The notes beneath the pieces were generated by a model. It had not been told where the DNA came from and did not search any database. It saw nothing but the letters and a program-made list of their open reading frames with translations. Positions 48,146-61,252 of a stretch of DNA of 64,000 bases are shown piece after piece. Made by a program: the position numbers and the translations under genes. Origin of the DNA: Squalus acanthias (lineage: Eukaryota); assembly GCA_030390025.1 (NCBI GenBank), contig CM059432.1, positions 152,646,001 through 152,710,000 on the forward strand, written 5' to 3'. How positions within the stretch are numbered: the first letter of the stretch is position 1; every line of letters starts with the position of its first letter.

Positions 48146-48819
48146 GGGGGAGAAATTGAATTCACAGTTTCCCATTTTGTGCCTGAATAACAGGCGGCTC
48201 GTGGTTGACAATTGGGGGGCGGGGGTGTGGGGGGGGGGGGGGGGGCGGGTGTGGGGGGGTGGGGGGTGTGGGAGGGCGGGGGTGTTGGGGGTGGTGTGGG
48301 GGGTGTGGGGGCGGGGGTGTTGGGAGGTGTGGGGGCGGGGGTGGTGGGGGGGTGGGTGTGGGGGGTGGGGGTGTGGGGTGGGGGGCGGGGGTGGGGGGTG
48401 TGGGGGGGGGGCACTTCGGCTGCGCTATTAATGCCCAAAGCTGGCCTGATGCAAAGTTCAGGCAGGCCTGGAAATGGGCAGCAGTTCGCCCACCTGAAAC
48501 GGGTATAAGGCTGCTTAAATATACAAATCAGGATCCTCCGTCGCTTGTAGAATCCCGATTACAAAATTCAGATACAACTGGACGAACCGTGCATCTTCCA
48601 TGCTCCGCCCATTTGTACCAGATGTTGAGCGGCTCAACCAATGGTCCTTGAAGGTCATCTGTGTGGGAGACAGCCGATTTCCCGTTCTCCTACGCCTCGT
48701 TTGGTGCTCGGAGCTCGCTGGCGCCGTTTAACCGCGACCTGAACGCGATGTGCCTCACACTGGCACCAACGGGTGGGTGACTTCACGTCCGATTGGGGAA
48801 GCAGTCGAATTTCATGGCC
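48146..48819. mobile_element. Probable TIR element related to 932-1611 (opposite orientation), containing a G-tract
   Basis: Ends GGGGGAGAAATTG and CGAATTTCATGGCC mirror the asymmetric ends of 932-1611; CpG-rich interior. Confidence 0.5.
48214..48411. repeat. Very G-rich (GGGGGT/GGGGC) low-complexity tract
   Basis: More than 20 runs of 3 or more G. Confidence 0.95.
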
Positions 48820-51642
48820 AAAATTTTTGCCCACAGCAGTATGTGTAGCTGAAGGCAGATTCTGCAAATTAAGCATGTGCAATGAGTGCAGTTTTTCAGG
48901 GTGCATCGGTAGCATTTTGCCAGACCAAGCGAATAATATTTCTTTCAGCCCCCAAAAGTATCTGGTTCTTTTTCAAATTATTTGAAGAAAAGCTAGACTA
49001 CAAATTTCAAAAGTTTTATTCAAGTAAAATTTATATATATTTTTTTAAACAGAGAAGCTGTGTGGTGTGTAGTAACTGGGACCCACCTCAAACACAACAG
49101 ATATTCATGGTTACATTCCAGTGGCAGTTTTATTTTATGTTTGAATTACAAATTTACTTTTCTCACTGAGAATTTTCTTCAGTGGGAAAGTCAAATTGTG
49201 TCTTTGTATTTTTAAAAATGATTTGAACACAAAGTGGATGATGAATTTGAGTTGATTTTCAGCAGATCTGTTAAACAGGGGCTGTTCACTTTTTTACCTC
49301 AGAAAGCACATCAAGCTGAGACAGAGAGAGAGAGAGACGGCGTGGCAGCTATCGGAGAAACGAAGCATAGATTCACTCATGGGATTTAGCATATGTTTCC
49401 ATTTTTGTTTATAATCTTTGAAAGCTTATTTCTGAGGGTTTTTTGTTCTTATAAGACAAACAATTTAATTTTGGAAATTTTTCAGGCTAATTACGTCACT
49501 TCACTTCTGCTTATATTTAGTTTTTTTTCCTTTTGAGAAGCTAATTTACATCACCCATGTTATCCGTTTGTAAACATTCTAATTAATGACAGCTGTGTTG
49601 GTTGTTAAAAAAAAATGATACAGTCAGCAATTGCAGTATTAATGCGCCTTTGGTGCTTGAAACTGGATTCAGGCTTGGAAGTGGGCTGGCAGCCTAGGAA
49701 CGTGGCACATGGGTGCTGGATGATCCAGAACAGGCCAGGGCTGACCAGCCCAGATCCCAGCCTCCTTCTCAATGTTGCCAGATCCTAGATGCTCAGACAT
49801 TCCCCACTAGTGCTCCCGGACCCTGTTATCTCAGACCCCAGGATAAACCTTCTGAGTGCTCCCAGAGTTTGGATTCTCCCTCCCTACCCCAAGAGTTCCC
49901 ATCACAATGCTTATAGAGTCTGGGAGCCACTAACGCTTGCAGATCTATCCCTCTCCCAATACTAACATACCAGAGGATCACTGTCTTCTGCTCCCAGAGC
50001 TCCGGTTTCTCTGCCCCCATTATTGACAGACTCTGGTAACTGCCCCCCCCCCCCCCCAGCACCCTTAATTAATGTTCCGAGACCCTTGGACTTTCCACAC
50101 CCAACGGTGCTGCCATCGCCTGTGCTCATCAGTCCTGACCGGGGAGGGGAGTATGTGTGTGTGGATATAACTATATTTCTAATTTTTTATATAATTATAT
50201 ATTTTTAATATATATTTATATAAACATACATACATATGCAGACAGGCTGCAAATAAATTAAATTTAATACACAAAACCTTCCATTTTAATATCTCAAAGA
50301 TGCAACAGACAGAGCTGGGAATTCTGCTGGTGCAGTTTCTTGAACATGTACGGTTGGTTTAACAATAAACGATTGTGCGGCCAGTATAGCTTTAGCTTTG
50401 AAGTCCTATTTTTAAATGCTTCAGGGAAATGTAATTACTTTAAGCACATACCATGGTCTGGGATCTATATTCAAAATTTTAAAAAGACACTTCTGAATAA
50501 TGAATATAGCTGTATAGTTTTTATTGTATAAGGCAGCTATTAAGTTAGATAATATCAGAATTTCTATGGAATGTTTGCCCAGTTTTGGAACAGCTGTTAT
50601 CAGATGCCATTTAAATATTTTCAGTTGTGAGTCTACTTGCAATTTCTAGGTTCAGTAAACATATTTTAAATAACAATGTTCCTTTTAGGTGCATTTTTTT
50701 CATTTCTGGTGTTAAGACTAAATTCTGTGATTTTGTGACAACTTGAAAATATAATTCAAATTGCAAAGTGCCCAGTGGCTGGGGAGGGAGGCAAAGCAGC
50801 CAGTGGGATTATCTGGTTTCCTGTTGTTAATGCAACTCTTGATTGCAGGCAGACCAAGGGTGTTAACGGGAGTCCTCGCCATTCCTCCAGCCTGGCCTTT
50901 CTATCCCAACGTCCAGTGGACAGTCCCAAAATTGCACTTGATACCACGCGCATTTTTAAAACATTATGATTCATTTTCAGCCTTAAATGTTGTAAACTTA
51001 ACGTTATTCACGCTTTGACTGTGGAGCTGGGAAATGCTCTTGATGCTGAGAATCGTGAGTGGAAACACCATGTGAGAACCTGGTGTTGAGGGCCAGTGCG
51101 TGTCTCTGATTGGCTGAGCCTTCTGTTGCGAGCACCTCCCGACAGCAGAAGTACTCGCAGTGATAAATCAAACTGGCGACAAGTTAGCTCTCGTACTCCA
51201 GTTGTACTGCACTTTCGATGGTGGCCTCGCTTCAAACTCTGGCAAAATCCAATACCAAATATGTACCAAATTGCTGTCAGATTACACAGCATCAGACTAA
51301 ACAAAAGTGTTGCCCCAGTGCTGTGTGTAGCTGACCTGCTCTCCTGCTTCACTGTGCAGTGTGTGTGGTGCACTGGGTAATATTTGGAGGTCGTGTGTGA
51401 AGTTATTTCTATCAAATTTCTGTTGTCAGATGGTCCTATCTCATTTCATGTCTTGTGTTTTTATGAATATTACTGCAGCATCTGTGCTGCACAACTGATG
51501 TGGACAGACCAGGCTGATCAGAAAAGCTACTTTATAGCAAGTCATTTTAGTCAGGCATTTGATGAGGCATTCCTGCGTGTTTCACTAGGAAGTGCTATCG
51601 TGAACACTCAGCCACAGGGTTAGTTTTATTTTATTTAAGCAC

Positions 51643-52040
51643 CTTGCATTTATATAGCGCCTTTCACGACCTCAGGACGTCCCAAAGTGCTTTACAAACA
51701 ATTAAATACCTTTTTGAAATGTGGTCACTGTGGTAATGTAGGAAACACAGCAAGCTCCCACAAACAGCAATGTGATAATGGCCAGACAACCTTTTTTTAG
51801 TGATGTTGGTTGAGGGATAAATATTGGCCCCAGGACACTGGGGCGAACTCCATTGCTCTTCTTCAAATAGTTCCATGGGATCCTTTATGTCCACCTAAGA
51901 GGGTAGGCGGGGCCTTGGTTTAACATCTCATCCGAAAGACAGCATCTTCAACAGTACTGCACTCCCTCAGTACTGCCCTGAAGTGTTGGCCTAGATTTTG
52001 TGCTGAAGTATCTCTAGTGGGGTTTGAACCCACGACCCTG
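51643..52040 (-). mobile_element. SacSINE1/DeuSINE-like SINE, head truncated
   Basis: Shared body and tail. Confidence 0.88.
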
Positions 52041-52878
52041 TTGGAGAGATGTTGGAAGCTGTACCAGAACACGTACCAAGAAGTAAGTTTTGATGAGGTT
52101 TTTGAAGGTAGGGCGAGAAATACTGAAGCTAAGGGGTTTGGGAGGAGAATTGCAAAAGGAGCCTAGTGGCTGAATGCTCTGCTACCGATAGTGGAATGCA
52201 GAGTTGGGGACGTGCAGGAGGCCAGATGTAGGACTGGTGCAGATTGCAAAAGTAGGTTAGAACATGACTGTGGAGGGGGTTGAAGATGAGGACATGGATT
52301 TTGAAGTTGACGTACTGTGGCACTTAGATTGGCAAGAACAGGGGTAATATGTACACCAGACTTTGCGGGACAGGACTGTAAATTTTTGGATGAAGTGGGG
52401 TTCACGTAGGGTGGAACGCAGGATGCTACCGAGACAAGTGATGAAGAATCCAAGACTTCTGATGATGAAACCGTGAGTGAGGGTTGCAGCAGCAGCAGGG
52501 TCGAGGTAGAGAAGTGAACAGGTGATGATTCAGTGGTGGAACCAGGTGGTCTGCGCAACGGACTAAATGCTGGGATTGAAGCTCAATTCAGAGTTGAATA
52601 GGACAGCAAGGTTGTGCAACTTTGGGTTCAGTCTGGGTAAGCATTTAGGGAGGAAGATAGAATTGACGTTTGAGGCACTGGGTTTCTGGCTGGACCCTAA
52701 CAAGGTGGTTTTTGTGTTGCCAGTGTTGAACTGTAGAACTAGCTCATCGAGGAATTGGTGTCCAACAGGCAGTCAGATACTTTGGTGATGAGGCTGGTGC
52801 TGGAGTGGTACAATTGGGTATCATCAGGGTTCATATAAAAGCTCGAACACATTTATGATGATGTCAAAAGGGGTAGCA

Positions 52879-53450
52879 CATAGAATCATAGAATCATACA
52901 GCACAGAAAAGGGCCATTTGGATCATCGTGCCTGTGCCGGCTCTTTGAAAGAGCTATCTAAAAAGACCCATTCCCCTGCTCTTTCCCCATAGCCCTACAA
53001 ATGTTTCCTTTTCAAGTATTTATCCAATTCCCTTTTGAAGGTTACTATTGAATCTGCTTCCATCACCCTTTCAGGCAGCGCATTCCAGATCATCATAACT
53101 CGCTGAGTTTAAAAAAAAAAAATGGTTCTCATCTCCCTTATGGTTCTTTTGTCAATTATCTTAAATATGTGTCTTCTGGTTACCAACCCTCCTGCCAGTG
53201 GAAACAGTTTCTCCTTATTTACTCTATCAAAACCCCTCATAAGTTTAAACACCTCTATCAAATCTCCCCTTAATCTGCCTGCTCTAAGGAGAACAATCCC
53301 AGCTTCTCCAGTATCTCCACATAACTGAGGTTCCTCATCCCTTGCACCATTCTAGTAAATCTCATCTGTACCCCCTCCAAGGCCACGACATAGTTCCTAA
53401 ACTGTGATGCCCAGAATTGGACAATACTCCAGCTGAGAACTAACCATTGA
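52879..53450 (-). mobile_element. CR1 3' fragment
   Basis: (CATAGAAT)n tail, IVQFWA, EGVQMRFTRM, KLGLFSLE. Confidence 0.9.
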
Positions 53451-53765
53451 TTTGAGGAATAGGAATAGATGAAGAATGGATCCGTTATGCCCGGCGGAGT
53501 TGATTGTGCAGGGATGGGAGGAGAATTGATTGAAGGAGATGCACTAAATTTGTAGGACAAGTAAGAATAGAGCCATAAAAGGGTGGTGACATGAAGGAGG
53601 GGGCTGGAATGGTCAATTGTATGAGAGATTGAGGAGAAAGAGAAAGGATGAATTGGTGGCCTTTACTAGACAGGGATGGAAAAAGACCTGGAGGAGCTCA
53701 AACAGAATAGTGGGAGCTGTCGGCATGGAGTTGGATAGCAGTGACGTTTTCGAAGACGACAAGAG

Positions 53766-54056
53766 GAAAGAACAGGCTATTATATCGTGCCTTTCACCAC
53801 CTCAATGTCCCAAAGTGCTTTCTGAAGTGTAGTCACTGTTGTAATGTAGGAAATGCGGAAACTCCCCTGCTCTTCTTCAAAATAGCGCCATGGGATCTTT
53901 TTCATTTACCTGAGCGGGCAGATGAGGCCTTGGTTTAATGTCTCATCCGAAAGATGGCACCCCCAGACATTGCAGCACTGCCTCAGTACAGGACTGCAGT
54001 GTCAGCCTGGATTATGTCCTCGGGTCTCTGGAGTGGGACTTGAACCCACAATCTTA

Positions 54057-54090
<34 letters not shown>

Positions 54091-54100
54091 CGGCCGACAC
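53766..54100 (-). mobile_element. SacSINE1/DeuSINE-like SINE, internally deleted
   Basis: Head and body match the other copies. Confidence 0.88.
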
Positions 54101-55069
54101 CTTTTGAGAGGAATGTGAGGGGAGGGGGTGTTAACGATGAATGGCAATTTGAGTGGACAGAGAGCTCTTTAAGAAAGGGGATGATGTCAGCGGTTTTGGG
54201 GGAAATAATAGCTGTGAAAATGGAGAAGTTTAAAAGTCAGATTTGGCCAGGGAGTGACTGGCAGTTGAATACTAGGAGGAGGCTGAGGAAACAGGTAGTG
54301 CATCTCATGGAGTTGAGGGATCTGCTGAGCGCTAATGGCAGGAAAGGAGTGAGGAGAGACAGAGACTACAGTGTAGTGGAGTGTGGGTTGGGCAGCTGGG
54401 AGCTTTGGGATGCAGGGCTTCTGAGGAAGAAGGAGGTGGAGGCAGAGGCAGACGAGGGGACTGCCTCACATTTGGAGACAAATCCTACAAGTTCATCATA
54501 TTTGATGTCAAAGATGAGGATTAGAGGAGGTGAGAGGAAGTAGTTTAGGGAAATTTGGGATTGTCACTTTATCAAGTGGCCTTCAAAGCACGTAGGATGT
54601 CCTTAGATAAAACTATCTGCTGGTGGGTAAGCAAAACTTCTATTTCCACCTTTAAAGAAGTCTACAAAATTAATACCAGGCACAATGATGGCAACGGGGA
54701 ATTGTGATTCTGATTAAGTTATACTCAGTATAAGGATTTTATTTAAATGTGAAAAGGATAATTGAAGATGAGATCTGATAAATTCAATTCTAAATTAAAA
54801 ATAATCTGAGCATCTCCCTTCATTTAAATTAAATGAGATATATGCTGCTTTACACGGTGCTTTCTGATCTTGGATTACACCCAATGATCATCACAGGACT
54901 GCTTGCACTGCCCAGGGCACCAGCAGGAGCAGTGTCAGCTTGGGGTTCTGTAAACTAAACCAGCTGTGTCCTCCTAGTCCTGAGCTGCTTTTGCGTGCCC
55001 ACGCATACACAGTGGGATAGTCACATAATTCTTCCCTGAAAAGGTGGTTTTTTTTAAACAAAAAATAAT

Positions 55070-56117
55070 TTTTTAAAAATTCATTTATGGGATCAGGGCG
55101 TCGCTGGCAATGCCAGCATTTATTGCCCATCACTAGTTGCCCTTGAGAAGGTGGTGGTGAGCCGCCTTGAACCGCTGCAGTTCATGTGGTGATGGTACTC
55201 CCACAGTGCTGTTAGGGAGAGAGTTCCAGGATTTTGACCCAGCGACGATGAAGGATCGGCGATATATTTCCAAGTCAGGATGGTGTGTGACTTGGAGGGG
55301 AACTTGGAAGTGGTGGTGTTCCCATGCGCCTGCTGCCATTGTCCTTCTAGGTGGTAGAGGTCGCGGGTTTGGGAGGTGCTGCCGAAGAAGCCTTGGCGAG
55401 TTGCTGCAGTGCATCTTGTAGATGGTACACACTGCAGCCACAGTGCACCGGTGGTGGAGGGAGTGAATGTTTAAGGTGGTGGATGGGGTGCCAATCAAGC
55501 GGGCTGCTTTGTCCTGGATGGTGTCAAGCTTCTTGAGTGTTGTTGTAGCTGCACTCATCCAGGCAAGTGGAGAGTATTCCATCACACTCCTTACTTGTGC
55601 CTTGTAGATGGTGGAAAGGCTTTGGGGAGTCAGGAGGTGAGACACTTGCCACAGAATACCTAGCCTCTGACCTGCTCTTGTTGCCACAGTATTTATGTGG
55701 CTGATCCAGTTAAGTTTCTGGTCAATGGTGACCCCCAGGATGTTGATAGTGGGGGATTCGGCGATGGTAATGCCATTGAATGTCAAGGGGAGGTGGTTAG
55801 ACTCTCGCTTGTTGGAGATAGTCATTGCCTGGCACTTCTGTGGCGCGAATGTTACCTGCCACTTATCAGCCCAAGCCTGAACTTCGTCCAGGCCTTGTTG
55901 CATGCGGGCATGGACTGCTTCATTATCTGAGGAGTTGTGAATGGCGCTGAACACTGTGCAGTCATCAGCAAACATCCCCATTTCTGACCTTATGTTGGAG
56001 GGAAGGTCATTGATGAAGCAGCTGAAGATGGTTGGGCCTAGGACACTGCCCTGAGGAACTCCTGCAGCGATGTCCTGGGGCTGTGATGATTGACCTTCAA
56101 CAACCACAACCATCTTC
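55070..56117 (-). mobile_element. 5'-truncated non-LTR retrotransposon (L2/CR1 group, distinct from the other CR1s) with open RT C-terminal frame
   Basis: [30 protein letters not shown]; tail GGGCAATAAATGCTGGC..GCCAGCGACGCCC. Confidence 0.9.
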
Positions 56118-56129
56118 CTGTGGGTGTGT

Positions 56130-56310
56130 GGTGACAGATATATATAGACAGAGAGAGATACACACGCATATGCACTCAATCCCAGGGAGGAAGATGTACA
56201 CACACCAGTACTCTTTCCGCCCCCGCCCCCCCACCCCCCCCCGCACCCCGCATTCTGGGGGTAGGAAAGAGAGACACACACACACACACCGAGAGAGACA
56301 CTCACACCGA

Positions 56311-56342
<32 letters not shown>

Positions 56343-56440
56343 AAGACACACACACACCGAGAGAGAGACACACACAGATACCGAGAGAGACACACACATA
56401 TATAGCCAGAGTGAGAGAGACCCATGCACAGAGGGAGAAA
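56130..56440. repeat. Compound (CA)n/(GA)n/poly-C low-complexity region
   Basis: Direct reading. Confidence 0.9.
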
Positions 56441-56524
56441 AAAAACACTGATTTTTATAAACAAATTGTATTGAGGGTATAAACAGCTTCTCTCATGAAA
56501 AGCAGTGTTTCAGACACATTCGGC

Positions 56525-56665
56525 ATGCCTATCTCTGTAAACTGCTCCAGCCCTACAACCCTCCGAGAACTCTCGGTTCCTCCAGTTCTGGCCTCTTGTG
56601 ATCCCCAATTTCCTTCACCCCACCACTGGCGGCCGAGCCTTCAGCTGTCTAGGCCCCAAGCTTCC
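56525..56665 (+). mobile_element. L2-type LINE 3' fragment
   Basis: LLQPYNPPRTLGSSSSGLL...GGRAFSCLGP. Confidence 0.7.
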
Positions 56666-59274
56666 AAACCGTTGTTCCAATAAAGGGAATAGTCATTTTT
56701 TAGCAAAATAAAATAATTTCTGCTCCTTTCTGTCCTTATTCCTCCTGTCCCAGTGGTGCGAACTCATGTTGGGGTACAGTTCCATGACCACTGACTGCAC
56801 TCTGGTGCCTTACTCAAATGGCCATTCATCTTGTGTAAGTCTAGACAGTGAGTGCTGGCAGGTGCTCGGACTGCGATCCCAAACCCACCCTTACCTACCA
56901 TCCACACTTGTGCACTTAGCAACCGGGGGTGGCAAAGAACCCTGGCTGACGCGTTTGATTTTTCCCTCCCTGGCTTTGGGGTGCTGAGGTCAATTGTAGC
57001 ACCTTTTTCCAACGCCCTGGCACAGAGCAGGGATGGAATCAGCAACTTGCCTATTGTGTATGGCCGAGTAGCCCACCACACAGTCCACTTGACAACTGGG
57101 CCATTTGAACATTATTTTAAATGGTGGGGGGCGCGGGTAGATCTTGAAAACTTATACAAAAAGAATCCTTACAACTGTGCTGTGTTGAAACATAGCGAAA
57201 ATATTATAGTAATCTTATAATTATTCTCAAAATGGCCACATGAAGTATATTGAATGATGCTTATTAGCAGACAGCATTACTGAAAATCTCTGAGCCGGCT
57301 CTCCAGTTTCTTGGATTCATAGCCAGGAATTGTGTCTTTGAGCAGGTGCTGTAAGAGTTCTCTCTGTGCTCCCTGCAATGACAGTACAGCGAGAAGATGT
57401 AACAAACCAAGAAATGAAGAAAGACATAAAAGAATCAAAGCCCAAGGAGGTCAGATCCATCACAGGCTTAGCGTTTGCTTCAAAGATGTCTGGTGTAGCC
57501 TGGGACAGCTGGCAGTGCAAGACAATCAGAGGAGAAGCATCCGCTAACACTGAGATAAGAGATTCCTGCAGAATCCTGCTATCTAGTCCCAGCTCACTTT
57601 GATGTAGCTCAGCAAGAGAAGGCTTTTGGGGACAGACTGCTGCATCCTTAATCATAGACGGCTGTTGTTCAGCCTTTTAAGGTCTCATTACAATGGTCCT
57701 TGAGGATTAATCCTCTTTAAGGTTTACATGGCAGGGTTTTGTCTTGGGGGCCCAGCCAGGGACCTTGGTACCACCTGCATGAAGTACAGGCACATTTTTC
57801 TCATTTTCCTTCTGCAAAGTCCATTTTTAATGAAATCTGGCAGAATGCTGAAACTTTCCTGCTTCCGACCGTCGCAGTATTTCTGTTAAGTGCAGTTTGA
57901 ATGCTAAAATACAGGCTTTGGACCATTAGTACTAAATTGCCTTTTTCCGGTGATTCTGCTTATCCAACTATTTTTGGCTGTTAACTCGAGGCTGGGTTGG
58001 GCAGGACGTGATCCTAAAATGATTCTAATCCATGTACATGTGTGCTCATACCCTTTCTTGATAGGGGCAAAATATTTATCGCAACCCTGGGTCAAAAATG
58101 AGTTGAAGAAAAATAACGTGCTTGACAGCTATTTGAGCAGAAACACACGTACAAGACAGGCTTTGGGATTTACCTTTAAAAATAACAGCCCATGCGCTGA
58201 ACCCCTCCTCAGTTTGGTATTGTGCAGCGTCACTGTAGCCTCTTGTTTAAGTTTTGATCATTTTATTCAATTTTTATTTGTGTGTTTCTCAATGAATTTG
58301 CCACATGTGGGCCGAGGGGCCATCAAGCACTCCCTGGTCAAGTAGAGCAGGGCTGTCCAATAGAAATCACTGACCAGTCACAGGTGTGGCTACGGCCACA
58401 CCATTTTAGCCACATACACTAATTTTAGCAGAAGTCTCCTTGCATACACTCACACAATACAGGTAAATGCCCTTCACATGTATATTTACTTAACAAACAT
58501 CCACCGCCATTCAGTAACCAAGGGATTAAAGCACTCACAACAATCAAAAAACATTTGCACACTCTGCTTTTCGGCTTACCATCTTATCAACAAATGCACA
58601 GAAAGGTTAAAGTTCACAGTATATGTTGTGTGAATGAGTATTGAGATCACATGCCCAATGACGGTGTCTATTGCTCATATTTTACTAATCAGAAATGCAA
58701 TTAGCCACATCTGGATTGCCAATTAGCCACCTGTGGCTAGTGGCTGACGTATTGGACAACACGGAAGTAAAGTATGGGCTAAATGTTGGATAGATTGTCC
58801 TCAACGTTGTGCCAATAATGGCATTTTTTTTTTGTTTTGATTTTATCCCTTCTCTGGCAGAATTGCACTTCACTGTGGAAAGAAATGACAAGCAGCCACC
58901 AATTGATAGGTTCCCTTTTGTAGTTTCCATGAATTGGAAGATCAGTTCCTTTTTGGGTCCACCGCTTGTATGTATTTCTTTAAAATTCTGTGCCTCAAAA
59001 TGTTCCAAATTAGGTTCTCACCAGGAGTTGAAATCTATCTGCTACTCCTGAGATTAATAAAATCATTTACTGAGGTGAAGTTGCTCACAGATCTTATCGC
59101 TGCAGTCTTTCTTTGTTTCTGGGTTTCACTGGCATGGACTAACATTGCTTCTGAATAAAGTGAGAATCATTTTCAATGTGAAGGTTACCAGTTTGTCTGT
59201 CTTACAGCATTTGTTTTAACAGTTTTGGGAACATGTGGCTCAATTTAGAGATGCAGCCCATTTGTTGGCTTTAA

Positions 59275-59355
59275 TAGTACTTTATTGGCTGTGAGGCGCT
59301 TTGGGACGTCCTGAGGTCGTGAAAGGCGCAACATAAATGCAAGTTCTTTCTTTCT
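59275..59355 (+). mobile_element. Isolated SINE/L2 3' tail
   Basis: GCGCTTTGGGACGTCCTGAGGTCGTGAAAGGCGC..AAATGCAAGTTCTTTCTTT. Confidence 0.8.
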
Positions 59356-59727
59356 CACTGGGAGAGAAGGGGACTCCTGTTTCATCAACGCAAGAGAAAG
59401 AGCAAAACTGAAGCCAAGGAGCTTTAACCTCAACCTTCAGAAAAGCATGGCTGTGGCAATAATAATGCAATGCTTCATTTCCTACATCGGCCACCATTTT
59501 TTATCACCTGGGTATCCGACTCTCATGGAAATCCATCGCACTGTTCAAGAGTCTCCGATTCAAGCTACTGACAAAGGATCCGCATTGACTATATGAAAGG
59601 CTTCTGCTTTCAGTGTGATGGAAAGACCAATACCCAGCAATGTGGAACTAGGTGAATATCTGATGTAACAACAGAAAACGCTGGAAAAACTCAGCAGGCC
59701 AGGCAGCATCCGTGGAGAGAGAAAGAG

Positions 59728-59764
59728 AGTTGACGTTTCAGGTCGATGACCTTTCATCAGAACT
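59728..59764 (-). ncRNA. Minimal type I hammerhead ribozyme motif
   Basis: Minus strand AGUU-CUGAUGA-A-AGGUC-AUC-GACCU-GAAACGUC-AACU; canonical GUC cleavage triplet. Confidence 0.85.
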
Positions 59765-60040
59765 GGGAAGAGCTGGAAATCAAATAGATTTAAGGCCAGG
59801 GTAAAGCTGGGAAAAGGGGGAGGGGATAAAGGAACAAAGGAGGAGATGAAGAGACATTAAGAGACATTAAGAGATATGCAAGGCTAGAGGTGGTGTTAAT
59901 GTGACAGATTAAGGCTGAATGAAGTGTGAAATCTACTGGCAGAATGAAGGACAGCTGCCAGCTTCTAGGAGGAAAAAAAAGGTGGGGGGGACAAATAAAA
60001 GGGTGGATAAAATAAAATATAAATGTGATTGGAGCTGAGG

Positions 60041-61252
60041 TTATGATCTAAATTGTTGAACTCGATATTGAGTCCAGAGGGCTGTAGCGTGCCTAAACGA
60101 AAGATGAGGTGCTGTTCCTCGAGCTTACGCTGAGCTTCCGTGGAACAGTGTATTAGGCCGAGGACGGTGAGGTCAGAGTGGGAGTGAAGCGGTGAATTAA
60201 AGTGACAGGCCACCGGGAGCTCGGGGTCCCCCTTACGGACTGAACGGAGGTGTTCCGCAAAGCGGTCACCCAATCTGCGTTTGGTCTCCCCAATGTAGAG
60301 GAGTCCACATCGTGAGCAGCGAATACAGTATACTAAATTGCAGGAAGTACAAGTAAATCGCTGTTTCACCTGGAAGGGGTGTTTGGGGCCCTGGACAGTG
60401 GGAAGAGGGGAGGTATAAGGGCATGTGTTGCATCTCCTGCGCGTGCACGGGAAGGTGCCGGGCGAAGGGGAAGGGGTGCTGGGGGTGGTAGAGGAGTGGA
60501 CTAGGGTGTCGCGGAGGGAGCGGTCCCTGCGGAATGCTGAAAGGGGAGGTGAGGGGAAGATGTGTTTGGTGGTGGGATCACGCTGGAGGTGGCGGAAATG
60601 GCGGAGGATGATCCGTTGAATGTGGAGGCTGGTGGGGTGAAAGGTGAGGACAAGGGGAACCCTATCGTGGTTCCGGGAGGGAGGGGCAGGGGTGAGGGCA
60701 GATGTGCGGGAGATAGAACGGACACGGTCGAGGGCCGTGTCGACCACGGTAGAGGGGAATCCTCGGTTGAGGAAAAAGGAAGACATGTCGGAAGCACTGG
60801 TATGGAAGGTGGCATCATCAGAGCAGATGCGGCGGAGACGGAGAAACTGGGAGAATGGAATAGAGTCCTTACAGGAGGCGGGGTGGGAGGAAGTGTAGTC
60901 CAGGTAGCTGTGGGAGTCGGTGGGCTTGTAGTGAATGTTAGTCAATAACCTATCCCCAGAGATGGAGATGGAGAAGTCGAGGAAGGGAAGAGAAGAGTCG
61001 GAGATGGACCATGTGAAGGTGAGGGAAGGGTGGAAATTGGAAGCATAGTGAATGAAATGTTCTAGTTCAGGGCGAGAGCAGGAGACGGCACCGATACAGT
61101 CATCAATGTACCGGAAAAAGAGGTGAGGGAGGGGACCCGAGTAGGACTGGAACAAAGAGTGTTCCACATATCCCACGAAAAGGCAGGCATAGCTAGGACC
61201 CATGCGGGTACCCATAGCAACACCTTTAATTTGGAGGAAATGGGTAGAGTCA
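60041..61252 (-). CDS. Partial Penelope-like polyprotein: RT C-half, thumb, Cys linker and GIY-YIG endonuclease
   Basis: QIKGVAMGT, FRYIDD, FLD, PCTRRRCNTC, VYCIRCSRCGLLYIGET, R..EH, HFN, GLN; 1-nt deletion just before the ancestral stop compared with the 4.6-kb copy. Confidence 0.9.

Larger units (their letters stand above)
52085..54560 (-). mobile_element. Degenerate L2-type LINE fragment interrupted by CR1 and SINE
   Basis: HITPVLANL and FKIHVLIFNPLH C-terminal L2 motifs; purine-rich + strand continues past the insertions; right boundary uncertain. Confidence 0.6.
59666..61252 (-). mobile_element. Penelope-like retroelement, 5'-truncated
   Basis: Perfect 11-bp TSD AATATCTGATG (59655-59665 / 61253-61263); RT + GIY-YIG ORF; 3' UTR with hammerhead. 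Confidence 0.95.

Noticed and set aside
48121..48651. Gly-rich and Pro-rich ORFs
   Set aside because: Translations of the G-tract
56118..56464. N-terminal extension of the 443-aa RT ORF
   Set aside because: Microsatellite sequence upstream of the LINE truncation point
57250..57650. Possible degenerate RTE-type LINE remnant (..KAQGGQ..)
   Set aside because: Similarity too weak to call without a search
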